A stretch of 64,000 nucleotides of DNA from Diadema antillarum (Eukaryota), in contig NW_027271086.1 in NCBI RefSeq assembly GCF_040938485.1, positions 868,001 to 932,000 of the forward strand. Reading direction: 5' to 3'. The notes beneath the pieces are model-generated. The model was not told the DNA's origin and ran no database searches. It saw nothing but the letters and a program-made list of their open reading frames with translations. Of this stretch, positions 11,782 through 23,451 are shown piece after piece. Every line of letters begins with the position of its first letter. Position 1 is the first letter of the stretch. Both the position numbers and the translations under genes were made by a program.

Positions 11782-13851
11782 GGTGTCTCTCTGTGATTGA
11801 AGCAAAAGAAAAACATAGCGGTAAACCCATCAGCAAGTGGCCTATTTAATAGCTGCCTACATGAAGTTAGCATTTACCAAGTAAAAGAGCAAAAGTTCAT
11901 GCCAAATATGATGTGAGAAATCATGCGTTCTTAGAATCGAACGAAGTTATGAGCCACAATTTAACAGACATGTGTGAATTTATTTTTTCATGTTAACTTA
12001 TTGTGCTTTATAATCAGGCTCAATAAGCTGGTTAATTGATCTATGGTGGTTTATTTGACTGGAGGAGTTGTGTGATGAGACATCGGATGGTGCAACTAAG
12101 AATTAAAACAGGTATTACTTGTTGATACCCTCATTGAGTATTAGTAAAATAAGGAAGAGCTGCATTCCGATGCACTTACAAAACTATGATTGGGAGATTT
12201 GAGCAGGTACTGGCAACATTACTCTTCTAATCGTGACCCTGCACAGTTTTAGTAACGAGAATGTCTACCAGCGACGTCGTATGCAAAAGATTCTCATGTA
12301 AAAAGATTACATGAATGAAAATTTGAGAGAAATCAGAGATAATGTTATTCAGTAAACGTTTGTCTGTTTGGCTGTTTTGTTTGTCATGCAACAAGGTGTT
12401 AAAGTTTCATTTCAAATAGAATATCTGCATCCTTAAGAGATTGTTTTAAATGTCATTTCAATCTAATTTCTCATTTGCGTGCACATATTACTACTGGCAT
12501 ACAATTTCTTGGGACTGGGAGACAAGAACTTTACCTATTTACCTCAAACCTCAAAAGCAGAGTAACGCCCAAAGAAAATATTTCCTCTCGGGATTAGATT
12601 ATCTCACCCTACGTTTTCCTCAGGAAGAAACAAAACCGGTAGCACTATTTCTAGGAAAACACAGCCTCCGATGGAAAAGAATTTCTCTCGAAATGATGCA
12701 AGAAAGTAATGGATAAAAGTAAATGAGTAAAGAAGGATTCCATCAGCCCTTTCAGAGTCACTGTTGATTCGATGTCCTTCAAAGTTTGTCCCGAAGGTTT
12801 ATGCATACCTAAAATTAATCTAGTTTGCAGGGAAATTCTCTTGCAGACTATTATTGGAAAGATTTGGATGCCACGATTTGCTTCCTTCCGATACCTTTTT
12901 CAGCCATATTTGAACACGGGGTGCGACCTTGTGAGAACTTTGATTGGATGTTTTCATTGATAAATACGTTCGATAGCACCATTTCATTAAATTTCTTTAA
13001 CCACAATTTCGGATGAAAGCCCCCCTCCCCCCCCCCCCCCCCACAAAAAAGACAACCAACCAAACAAACAAACAAACAAACAAACAAAATCAAATAAACA
13101 ATGAAAAAAAAATAAGAGAAACAACTGTGACAGAGCATCTAACACCCCGGCGCCTTCTTTCATTAACAACCCTCCTTCCTGATCTTTCGATTAAAGCGAA
13201 TGCTAAATTTTCGTTTTTAAGTCATACAATCTGAAAGTCGATCTAGCCGTCCTATGAGAGGCTGTATTGCGTCAAAGTTCAATTGAGGGAAGGGATTAAA
13301 TGTGTCTATACAGCTTCTATGTGGACCAATTAGCTGCATCATAACGCGAGCTCTATATGAGCAATTCTGTCTTTCATCTACAGACACTGTATGATCGAGT
13401 TCCAAATATTATAGGACCTCTCTCGTGTATTTCATTTTTTTAAATTATGAATGGAAATATTTAAACAGGCCACCCTCAATACAATAAAAGGGAAAGTACC
13501 ATAAAGAAGTCTGACCCGTGACGAGTTCGATGCTCATGTCTCCTTATCTCCCTACCTCTTATCTCTTTTCACTAATGTGTGATAAAAGTGCTAGACGTGA
13601 ATAAAATTCCCTTTGAGACAATGATTGAAACAGCATTATCATAACAGGCTATGTTATACACTGCAGCTTACCTGTTTCGCGTATTGGTAAACATGATAGC
13701 CAAACCAGCAAAATCATAGCAGAAATGTAAACCAGAGAAATATGGAGAATCAAATACAAGTACATCATTTCTATGGGAATCTTTTATAGGTACAAATAAC
13801 ATGCATGTGTGGATATCGTTTCCTATACACTATACACTGCTATATGCTTAC

Positions 13852-14185
13852 CATTGCAAGTGTGCTGTACTTCCGGGTTCAATATTGCTGATTTCTGCCT
13901 GGCTCCAAAGTACATCCAGGAATAGATTCACAATCTCTATTTCTGCTCAGCCAGTAGGAAGGTGCGAACACCTATTAGACTGAATGTGGTCTAACTTTTA
14001 AGATCCCAACAAACTATCAAGAGTTTGTTTACAGACAGATACTAGTAGCTGCACTATGTAGCCCTATCAAAATGGCGGGGCGATCCAGAATGTACACGTA
14101 TATTATGCGAATGTCAGCATTCTTCATGACCTTTTGACTTTGACACATTTATAATTCCATATAGAAGCGGGTTTTCCCCACATTT
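13852..14185 (-). promoter_or_regulatory. Putative non-coding exon 1 and promoter of TRIM copy 2
   Basis: Donor GTAAGC at 13851, ACTTCCGG, CAAAATGGCGG, TGACCTTTTGACTTTGAC and GGGTTTTCCCC (14169-14179), collinear with copy 1. Confidence 0.55.
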
Positions 14186-16333
14186 TGCGTCTACCTTAAA
14201 ATCACAGCGCCACAATGAAATTTAGCCGTGTACAGAGAGTTGTTCGTGCAACATTGAGCTCAGATATAAATTATTCTCTCAAAAGAGAAAGATATCAACA
14301 AAATTATAATGTTGTTATATGTTAATGAGTCACTTCAACGATAGTCTGAGGAAAATTTTAGATGACTAGGTAAATATTTCTAAAATAGCGTCATGTACTA
14401 GTATCCTTTTCTTGTATAGTAATAGCAAAGTTTGTTTGTTGTTATGGAATTATCATAAAGTAGATGCTATGCAGAAAACTAAACCTCACTATTGTTACTT
14501 CTGTTGTAGGCATATGATTGTTTCATTACACTCAATATCGTAATGATGTGAACGGGGACATCTGAACGTTCTGTGTGATGGGAGGGGAAATCTTTGTAGC
14601 CAGATAAAAGTGTAGAAGTATTTCAGATCGAGCCGTGTAAAGGGATTGTGGGTCAAAATGAATAGATAAAATTTTAAACCGTTACTCCACGATAGATTTC
14701 ACCATCTTGGAAACAGGTATATCCAACGTGACACATTTTCATATGAAATCACCTGAACCTCTCCACAATCTTTCCTGATACCTTAACCTTAACTTACCTT
14801 CAATCTTAACTGTCCAGAGTACATTTTTGATATCCCTGCAATTATTTCTGTAAAATACAATTACCAGGTACATTGTGTATATCTCCCTCGAAGAATCTCA
14901 TTCGCAGGTAGCAGCTGTGTTTTAAGGCTATTGCGTACGTTTGTGATCACTGGTGCGCAGCGAAAATAAATAAGAACTCAACTGAACTTAATCAGATGGT
15001 GTACCAATTTTGTGTGAACGTGTGTGTGCATAAGCCTGTGCGAAAGAGTGGGTGAAAGTGACAAGAGCAAAGGGTGTGTGTATGATTAACAGTAATAATA
15101 GCCCCGGTGTCGTTACGGATAGTTACCGGTATGATAATTAAAACCTCCCATTCATTTATCCAAGTCCTTCTCTTTAAATTAAGGTGGTCTGACTTGTTTA
15201 GGGAAAAAAAGACAGGTCCCACAATGGATTTTTTTTTCTTTGCGGGTAAATGAATTAAGAAAAAAAAAAATCACATCTATTGATGACGACATTGCTGTTG
15301 AAATAAAGACTTAGTTATAAGTGCGACATGCTTGGATTTCTTGGGGAAAATTTGTCCCAAAGAGAAATCCATTATGTCTATAATTATCTGCTATCTTGAA
15401 AGTAACATGCCATTTACAAAAACTAACCCAATTTTGCACTTGGATTACCTATTATAACTGATGATATTATTCTTTGCAAGTAAAAATCATTGGCAATCAT
15501 CATTATCATTATTCCAGTTATCCTTCCTTCTTACTGAATTTCTATTATTACGTCAAACAGAATTACTAAAAAAAGTCATGAGTAAAATACAATCATTAAA
15601 TCATTAAATCTCCCACCCACCTTCAAATTCGATCCCCTCTTTAAGCGGTCCAGGGCGTGTCAAAACGTGAACCAGGATGCATCACGTGGACATTTAGATT
15701 TAAGACGGCCATACATCCTCAGATGGACGGAGAAACGTCAAACTTTCTCTACTGTTCAAGAAAGCGTAGCGATTATAATGATCGCCGTTGATAAGGAATG
15801 ATTTGCATCAAGAATAAAAGGGAAAGATAAGTTCTGTAGAAATCCGGTAGTGTTTTCTCTGATCCCAGTTGCATGGTTGCTTTGAAGAGTGCGGAGAAGA
15901 AGTGACTTTGCCTGATTGCTTTAATTACCCCTTTTCCCCTCATTTTCATCGCACATACTGCCTCAAGCAAGTCGAAATATTAGATCGAATCATCACACAT
16001 GCATGTAGGCCTATATTGCTCTTGCCTGTACCCCTACACCATAATTGATAACTAATATTAAAGCAAGTTAAAGGGTTGTGTCCATTTAGAGACTTGTATC
16101 CAGGTCACCGTGTTAGAGAACAGCGTTAACAATCCACTCCAAGAATGGAGGTTATGGCGGGCCATACAAACCATGAACATAAGCGGTAGCTCTCCCATTC
16201 ACTTCTCTACTTCGAACTCGAACAAATCGACAGGGGAGTTATTTCACTTGTCCTGGTTGTATTATACGCGTGCGCGCATGTGATGCGATTGTCCAAGGAG
16301 TCGTTCTCCCCACTCAACTAGAAATGAGGATTA

Positions 16334-16334
<1 letters not shown>

Positions 16335-16400
<66 letters not shown>
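16335..16400. repeat. (GT)n microsatellite
   Basis: Direct reading. Other microsatellites include (CA)n ~17140-17186, (TA)n ~40628-40692, (CT)n ~51505-51546 and ~52606-52640, and (TA)n ~53480-53532. Confidence 0.95.
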
Positions 16401-16404
<4 letters not shown>

Positions 16405-17143
16405 TCAGTGGATGGTAAGTCAAATATAATGTAGTTAGATTGAAGATTGAATTGAATATATTGTGATACTATTTCAATGGGCTTGATTTGACTTCGTACC
16501 TAATTTGATTCAATTCGATTTGATTTGAGGTCGGTTCAGATTATTTCTTGTTGCTTTTATTGATCTTATCATAATCATCGTCACCATTAACAAACCGCAC
16601 TTTAAGTCAGCGCAAGAACATCGAGTACATTTTTATATATATAAAAATGTGATGTGCAACTAAGCGATGCACAAGTATTGAGAGCAGCTAAAGCACAAGC
16701 ATGTCTTCTTAGTGTGTTTGCGAAGGACAGTTTGATTTACGTATATGTGTGGGTGACAATTTTTTTTTTCCATTTTTTTACTATTATCATTACATTGCTA
16801 AATGTAAGGTTTGCACACTTTTTATTGTCAAACTATAACACCCAAAATTGTCAGCCTTCGTCAGTTCAGAACAACCTTTCATTATAACATTGTGGTTTTT
16901 TTTTTCTTCTGTTCAACACAATAAAGGACCAGTATTACCAAAAAAAAAAATCACCATTTAGTTTGGCTTTTCACCAGAAAAGGATATAAAGACAAGACAT
17001 TCTAGAGATATTTGGTATCTCTCTTTCCCTTTTCCTCTCTTTCATACTTCAAAATAGATTTCAAACTCTCACACAAAATCCTACCCAATCTGAACACATG
17101 CAAGTTTGGAACATAAAAAGTAATGAATAATATTTTTCGCACA

Positions 17144-17187
<44 letters not shown>

Positions 17188-18419
17188 GAGACATGGAAAC
17201 AAAGTCCTCAAACTGTATTAGTAACATAATACAGTTCTGCCACCACATATCAAAAAGCAACGCAGGGAAGAAGAAAGCTGTCAAACGATTGCAGGCATAA
17301 AACGATGATAAACATGCAAATTATAATATGCAGAGAAGAACCAAAGAGGAGTCTTAAATGACCGATACTTCAAGTTATTTGAGTATGCATGCTTATCATT
17401 TGACTAGATTTATATCCGGTGAAATGCTGAAACCTCAACTGTTTCCACAGAGAAGAGAGAGAGAGAGACAATCTGAGAGGGCAAAGAAGAGTACATTATG
17501 ATAGTATGATCATGCATGGAGCTAAACTATTCCATGGTATTTAAAGCAACACGGTAGATGGATGAACAGAATTCTACAAACACTGAACTTCTGGTTATAC
17601 AAACAAATAAACAAGAATTAAGATGCGCTGCAAATGTAAATCATGTCATTATTGATTTTCAGTGGAAGTACAGTACCGGTACATAGAAGTTCTCGTTTTA
17701 CCATTATGTATTGACGGATACATCGATATCATCACGTAAAGCGTGTAGTACAGGACAATACAAGGATGCCCATTATGCGTTTGATCAAAGTCAACGATTT
17801 TTAACGTGCTGTGAAAACGATACAATATTATGTTGTGTGTAGTATAAAGTATAAGTTGAACCAAAACGTTTTACAAAATATTGCGATATGATGTATTTAA
17901 AGTCCTTTACATTTCTAAACTATGCCAACGCAGTGTATGGGTGAAATTGGTCTTGCAGTCCTACCAGGCCGATTTGGTTATTCAGTCATAGACATCAATC
18001 AAGCATATTTTGATGTTACGCCTGAAACATCTTTATCGTGGTATTTCAGTTTACTTTAATTCTGTTGGTGTTGTTCATAATACCTTCTCGCTCAGCCTAT
18101 TAGACGCAGTAAGCTGTTTCGTTACAAGAAATGGACTTTATTGGTTTTATACTGTTTTATACTATTTTATTCCAAATTAACAAAAGTGAGATGAGCTATT
18201 ACCCACATCGATAAGAAAGGAACATCATCAAATCGATTTGATGATGAAATAGAAAATAAAGATCACAGATGGAGAGACAGACAGACAGACATCGAAGGGA
18301 GGGGGAATGACAACGGAAAAGGAAGGATGAGGCTCAAATTGATTTTGTTTGGAAAATCTCCTCTGCGATCATTGCCTAAAATCTGGTAGACTCGTCCAAA
18401 TCAACCTTTTGATTTCACG

Positions 18420-18840
18420 TCATTTCATTTATTCTATTTTATTTTCGATATCCAGATAATACAAAATTAACGCAAATAGCACCGACAATTTGGACAAGAA
18501 GATGAAGTTTCATGAAGCGAATACAAATACAAATAGAAACAATAGTACAACAAAAGTAAAATACATACCCACCTGATTTTACATGCACTTATGAATACAC
18601 GTAATGTACAAATAATTTGATCTTCATGAAATCACTGGGAATTGAAAAAGCACTAGATAGTAGGGAATATAGGGGGAACTTGCAAAAGCAGAGCTTGTAC
18701 AATAAGCTAGTTCCCTGATTTAAAAAAAAAAGAGAAACGGAAAAGTCTTTGCAATGGTGCGTACAAAATATACAAATAGACGAATGGGCATTCCGATTTA
18801 GAGGAGATAGAGAGGATAAGGTACAAGACTTAGTAAAGCA
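18420..18840 (-). mobile_element. LINE 3'-UTR fragment with conserved stem-loop
   Basis: Hairpin gggaact...agttccc (18674-18715) encloses aaaagcagagcttgta, the same 16-mer as in the 8202-8245 hairpin. A-rich tail on the minus strand. Boundaries approximate. Confidence 0.55.
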
Positions 18841-18901
18841 ATGAGACAAGATCACACACACACTAACACACACACACACTAACACACACACTAACACACT
18901 A

Positions 18902-18932
<31 letters not shown>

Positions 18933-19205
18933 TCAAGCAAAGCAGAGGTTCGCTTGTTTTTTGGTGTGTTTTTTCGTGTTCTTTCATTTCATTCATTTCT
19001 TTATTTGTCCAAATTATGTATAAAAACATGGCATGGAAAATTGGTGTTGTCACACATTCATAAACACATATTGGCAACAGAAAACAAATTACATTACATA
19101 TAACATCAAATGAATACTCAAAAGAAATACAGGGAACTAAACATACATCAAAACACAAATTATCATCATGTGGTGAACGTGCAAAGAGGGGAAAATTAAT
19201 ATATA

Positions 19206-19452
19206 TATGAAGACTTTGTTTGCAAAAACTGATAAGCCCATATTTGCCAAATGGAGATATTTGCGATTAAAGGTCATCAAAAATAAAGAGAATAATAGGA
19301 AAATTTTTGCTTCTTTTGACCATAACTTCAAAAACGTACCTTTGTATGTAGTGACCAATATTTCATTTAAAAGGTATTATTTTGTACTTTGTGACAGAGA
19401 CCGTACTTTAAAATCTTCAAAAATGGAATTATCGGTTTTTGCGAACAAACTC

Positions 19453-19458
<6 letters not shown>
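19206..19458. mobile_element. ~250 bp MITE with TATGAAG... termini (inverted second copy at 60458-60708)
   Basis: ~30 bp TIRs (tatgaagactttgtttgcaaaaactgataa / ttatcggtttttgcgaacaaactcttcata). The whole body matches 60458-60708 in reverse complement. Confidence 0.8.
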
Positions 19459-19490
<32 letters not shown>

Positions 19491-20292
19491 ACCCGCTACA
19501 ACAAAATGATCCTAAAGTCGGGGGAGGTCGATTATTTGAAAATTGCACGATATAATCCCCTAATCTTTCTGCTTTAAATTGATATATAACACATATATAT
19601 ATGTACATGTACATGTACATGTACATACACAGAAAACTATGGAAGAATCGACTGAGGCAAAAGATATATATAACCACAAATTCTAAAACACCTCACTTTA
19701 TACAGACTACCCTACATCATAATCCATAAATTATAACACATATTGCACATAATTGCTCGCACCCCCTCCCCCACACACACAGCTAAAATCTGCTTCCTTT
19801 CACTGATGCCCTGACACGCCAATGTGCACAATCAACAACTATTGCACATTAACATACGTAGTTTTTAGTCACACACATTTTTTTTTTCTGCAAAGCAAAA
19901 CATTAACTTCATTTTTCCCAAATCACAACAACAAAAACTGTCTTTTAAAACGGAGAATTATCATGGTCACTGTTCCCTGGCTGATAATCGCAGCTTGTTT
20001 CCGTTAACATGTAGGCCTGCGCTTAAGGGGTAATATATGCGTGTCATCATAGTGATTCCCTCAAACCTCTTTGATACCTGCAGTGAATATTATATTTTTC
20101 ATTCATCCATTCATTCATTCATTCATTCATCTAACCATTTCCAGCAGAAACATACATAAATATCTTACAGAAGTTGAATACGTAAATTACATCGCAATGC
20201 ATAAAATAAAAGAAATGTTTAAGGTTGCAAAACATTTAAATCGACATTCGAATATTAGCTTTTAGCTGATTTCAGCTGAATGTTTCCTTATA

Positions 20293-21364
20293 CAGTGCGT
20301 ATAAAAAAGAAACGCAACAAGATTTGATTTCAAATTTGTGAAGATTGTGTTAACTTTACATCAAAGTGAGTAGCAACATCTTAAAACCACATAACTTCTC
20401 TTTCCAATGATATCTTATTTATTCATACACTGTCATGGATGGCTGAGTAATCATTCTTTTTGGACAATGGGTCAAATTGGACTTGGGACCTAGTTTAGAC
20501 ACTGCACGAATCAATGACCTTATTAGAAATTAACTTAACAAATGGAATAATGAAATTAATAATCGCAACTTACCATTGTCTTCTTTTTTTAAATCTCTTT
20601 TTAACATTACATCCCATTCCCCTCATTATGGCCACCATTCCTTTCCACATAGACATTAGCTCTTTTCTCCATTTCACACACAGCCCTACGAGTCATTGGG
20701 GCTTGGTGGCGTAGAGCTTCGAACTCATCAGTGATTCTTTGTTGCAATGTCAGGTGGAGGGGTAATGAACACTTTGCTCTTGAGATAACCCCAAAGAAAC
20801 AAGTCACAACAAGTCAGATCCGGAGATCGTGGTGGCCACTCCACATCATGTATCAAGGCAATCACCCGATTTCCAAATACCTCAGCCAATCTGGGTACTG
20901 CAACTAGTCGATGGGCTGGTCGCGCCATCCTGTGCCCACCATAGGCGGCTGAACACACCCTTTTATTGCACAGGAAAATTTTCCATTAATTCAGGAATCA
21001 CATGTTCATTTAAAATTTGTAAGTATCCATTTCCGTTCATGCTGTTTTCAAAGAAGAAGGGCCCTAGGAGCAAACCGTTTCCACAAAGCCCAGTCCGGAC
21101 ATTCAGCTTTCCAAAAGAAAAAAAAAAGGAAAATTGAAAAGGATTTATGCTGGTCTTACTAACTGAAACTTGGTCCAAAGTCCAATTTGACCCATTGTGC
21201 AAAAAGAATGATTACTTAGCCATACATGACCGTGTAAGAATAAATAAGATATCATTGGAAAGAGGAGATATGTGACTTTAAGATGTTGCTACTCACTTTG
21301 GTGTAAAGTTAACACAATATTCATAAATTTGAAATTAAATCTTGTTACTTTTTTATACGCACTG
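20293..21364 (-). mobile_element. Internally deleted Tc1/mariner element (DD41D rosa/Visitor-like) with ~200 bp long TIRs
   Basis: TA|cagtgcgtataaaaaag...ctttttatacgcactg|TA. Inverted homology extends ~200 bp inward. Transposase remnants GPFFFE, QDGA-PAH and WPPRSPDLTCCDLFLWGYLKSKV. Empty homologous site near 7860. Confidence 0.85.
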
Positions 21365-21555
21365 TATAGTCGTATCATTTAGAGCACTGATATCGCAAAA
21401 ATATATATATATAGCAAATGACTTTGTTTTTGCATTTTGAATGGTCAATCGTCCATACAAATATTTTAACTATTCTTATGAATATCCATGTGTGCATCCA
21501 CCGGCACATGTGTATCCCATTATTACATGTGACCTTTATTCATACAGTATTCTCT

Positions 21556-23451
21556 TCACTTAGAATATCCCTCCAAAGAATATATATATATACATTCCAA
21601 TAAGCTGCTATACAAATCAAAGTAGAGTCTATTTTGAGTGCAGAAAGCTATCTCACCACTCTCAAATTCTTGGAGATAGAAGCGATGTATTTTTTCTGAT
21701 TTTTGTAGTTTGAAATCAATGATGAGATTGCACACGTGCTCAAAATCTCTCGTGTATCGATCGATACTGACGAGACCGTCCTCATCCTTCAACCAGGCTG
21801 CAATGATCGAATCATCTTGACAAACAGCTGGCCAGGAAGACATACCCTCCTTCTTCAAGACATGCTCCTTCTTCCCAGTACCATCAAAGCACATGAGAGC
21901 TGATGAATCTGTCAGTATCAGGCCTCCCGTGGTGTGAAAGGAGAATAAATGCAGAGGCGTATATCCATCAAATATTCTTTCCCTGACAGCCTTACCGCCA
22001 TGTGGGGTAAACACCTGGATCTTCTTGGGTTTCGTGTAACCCATGTAAATATTGTCGTCTCTATCCACAGTGAGACCACCATAGCATCCGTCATCGAAAC
22101 TCATCGTCTCGAACGTAACGTCGAGCTTCTTCCACTCTGAAGTGTAGAGAGACATCCAGTTGTTTATATCACGTACAACACTTCGACCATCGGAAAGAAA
22201 TCCAATTTTAATGACACAGACACCCTTTAGTTTCGTCTTCTGTAACTCTCCATCAGGGGAGTACACACAGATTCCGTCGAAACAGGATCCCACCGCCATC
22301 TTACCGTCTGGTGCACGGGTCATACAGGTCCTAATGGTTTTGCTAGGGAGCTCTACATCTGCTTTTACATCCCAAGTATAACCTTTCAGCTCTCCAAGAC
22401 AAAGTTCACTGACTTTCAAGTGTTTACTAAACGAAATCTTTTGAGCTCGTTCTGTCACACCTTTCGGTGATTGGCCGTCAGGATCATCTCGTCCAAGGAA
22501 GCTCTTTAAGTTCTCACACAGCGTGTCGTGTGCAAACAGGGCGTCTTTCTCCAGCGGTACCTTAACGCCGTTACTTACAAGCTCCTCCATAGCGTTCATA
22601 TGTCGAATTGTTTGGCGACTCTCTTCTTCCATGACTTGTAATTCCTTCTCGAACTTTTCTGACCAACTTTTTGCTTGCCGTTTCAGCGCTTCTCTTCTGG
22701 CTGACAATAGCTGCATGTATTCGTCGTACGTCTTGTCGATGTCATCATTGAGCTTTCCCAGCATGTTTGCTATTTTACTGCGCTGTGTCTCTATGAAATG
22801 GATATGATTTTCAATATTTGTTTTCTTTGATTTTGCCCATTCTTGTAACTGCTTGATGTTTTTCATCAATTTCTCCTCATGGATAGCTGCCTCTTCGATC
22901 TGATGCCCTGCTTGTAAATGCCCTAACATACCGCATCTTAAGCAGACGTACTCCCGACACCCGGTACAGAAACACACCTCATCATCGTTAGGATGTTTCT
23001 TACATTTCCGTCTCCTTTTAAGAGGAACTTTTCCCGAGAGCACCTCGCTCATGGGCACCTTTTCGTGGTTAGAGAACGGTTTCCAAGAAGAGTGTACTGT
23101 CTCACACGATTTGCACATATATTTGCCACAGTCTTGACAGTAGGACACAGCGGGCGGCTTTTCGTCCATCTCACAAGCTGTGCATGTTGGACTCTTGATT
23201 TTCACTTCATCTACCATAGAACTTACGGGTACGTTTGTCTGTAACTTACTCACATCTCCACTGGGCAGGGGCGTTTCTTTCCTGCAAATAGGGCATGTTA
23301 TAGTTTGTTTGGCGGGATGAGCTCGAGAGATACGTTGCAGACAGTCTTTGCAGAAGATATGAGAACACGTCAGTGATCTAGGTTGGTTGAAAAGTGTCAA
23401 ACAGATAGGACACTCCAAATTCTGACTGCTGATTTGATGAAACGTTGCCAT
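21556..23451 (-). CDS. TRIM E3 ubiquitin ligase, type A copy 3 (RING-Bbox1-Bbox2-CC-NHL-like propeller; TRIM56/TRIM71-like architecture without filamin), 631 aa from the ATG
   Basis: Uninterrupted ORF with all zinc ligands present. ATG at 23451 follows a splice-acceptor-like tract, so the ORF-track MLQSQSDT extension is not coding. Confidence 0.92.
   Translation of the reverse strand: MATFHQISSQNLECPICLTLFNQPRSLTCSHIFCKDCLQRISRAHPAKQTITCPICRKETPLPSGDVSKLQTNVPVSSMVDEVKIKSPTCTACEMDEKPPAVSYCQDCGKYMCKSCETVHSSWKPFSNHEKVPMSEVLSGKVPLKRRRKCKKHPNDDEVCFCTGCREYVCLRCGMLGHLQAGHQIEEAAIHEEKLMKNIKQLQEWAKSKKTNIENHIHFIETQRSKIANMLGKLNDDIDKTYDEYMQLLSARREALKRQAKSWSEKFEKELQVMEEESRQTIRHMNAMEELVSNGVKVPLEKDALFAHDTLCENLKSFLGRDDPDGQSPKGVTERAQKISFSKHLKVSELCLGELKGYTWDVKADVELPSKTIRTCMTRAPDGKMAVGSCFDGICVYSPDGELQKTKLKGVCVIKIGFLSDGRSVVRDINNWMSLYTSEWKKLDVTFETMSFDDGCYGGLTVDRDDNIYMGYTKPKKIQVFTPHGGKAVRERIFDGYTPLHLFSFHTTGGLILTDSSALMCFDGTGKKEHVLKKEGMSSWPAVCQDDSIIAAWLKDEDGLVSIDRYTRDFEHVCNLIIDFKLQKSEKIHRFYLQEFESGEIAFCTQNRLYFDLYSSLLECIYIYSLEGYSK

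Noticed and set aside
11782-11805. MLQSQRDT/MLQSQSDT N-terminal extensions in the ORF track (also 23452-23475)
   Set aside because: They start at a non-ATG codon within a polypyrimidine tract/acceptor and are absent from the copy 1 and copy 4 ORFs.
18589-19677. ORFs rich in CV/YI/ER repeats (also 17002-17284, 40441-40837, 52530-52989, 58578-58839)
   Set aside because: Translations of dinucleotide microsatellites.
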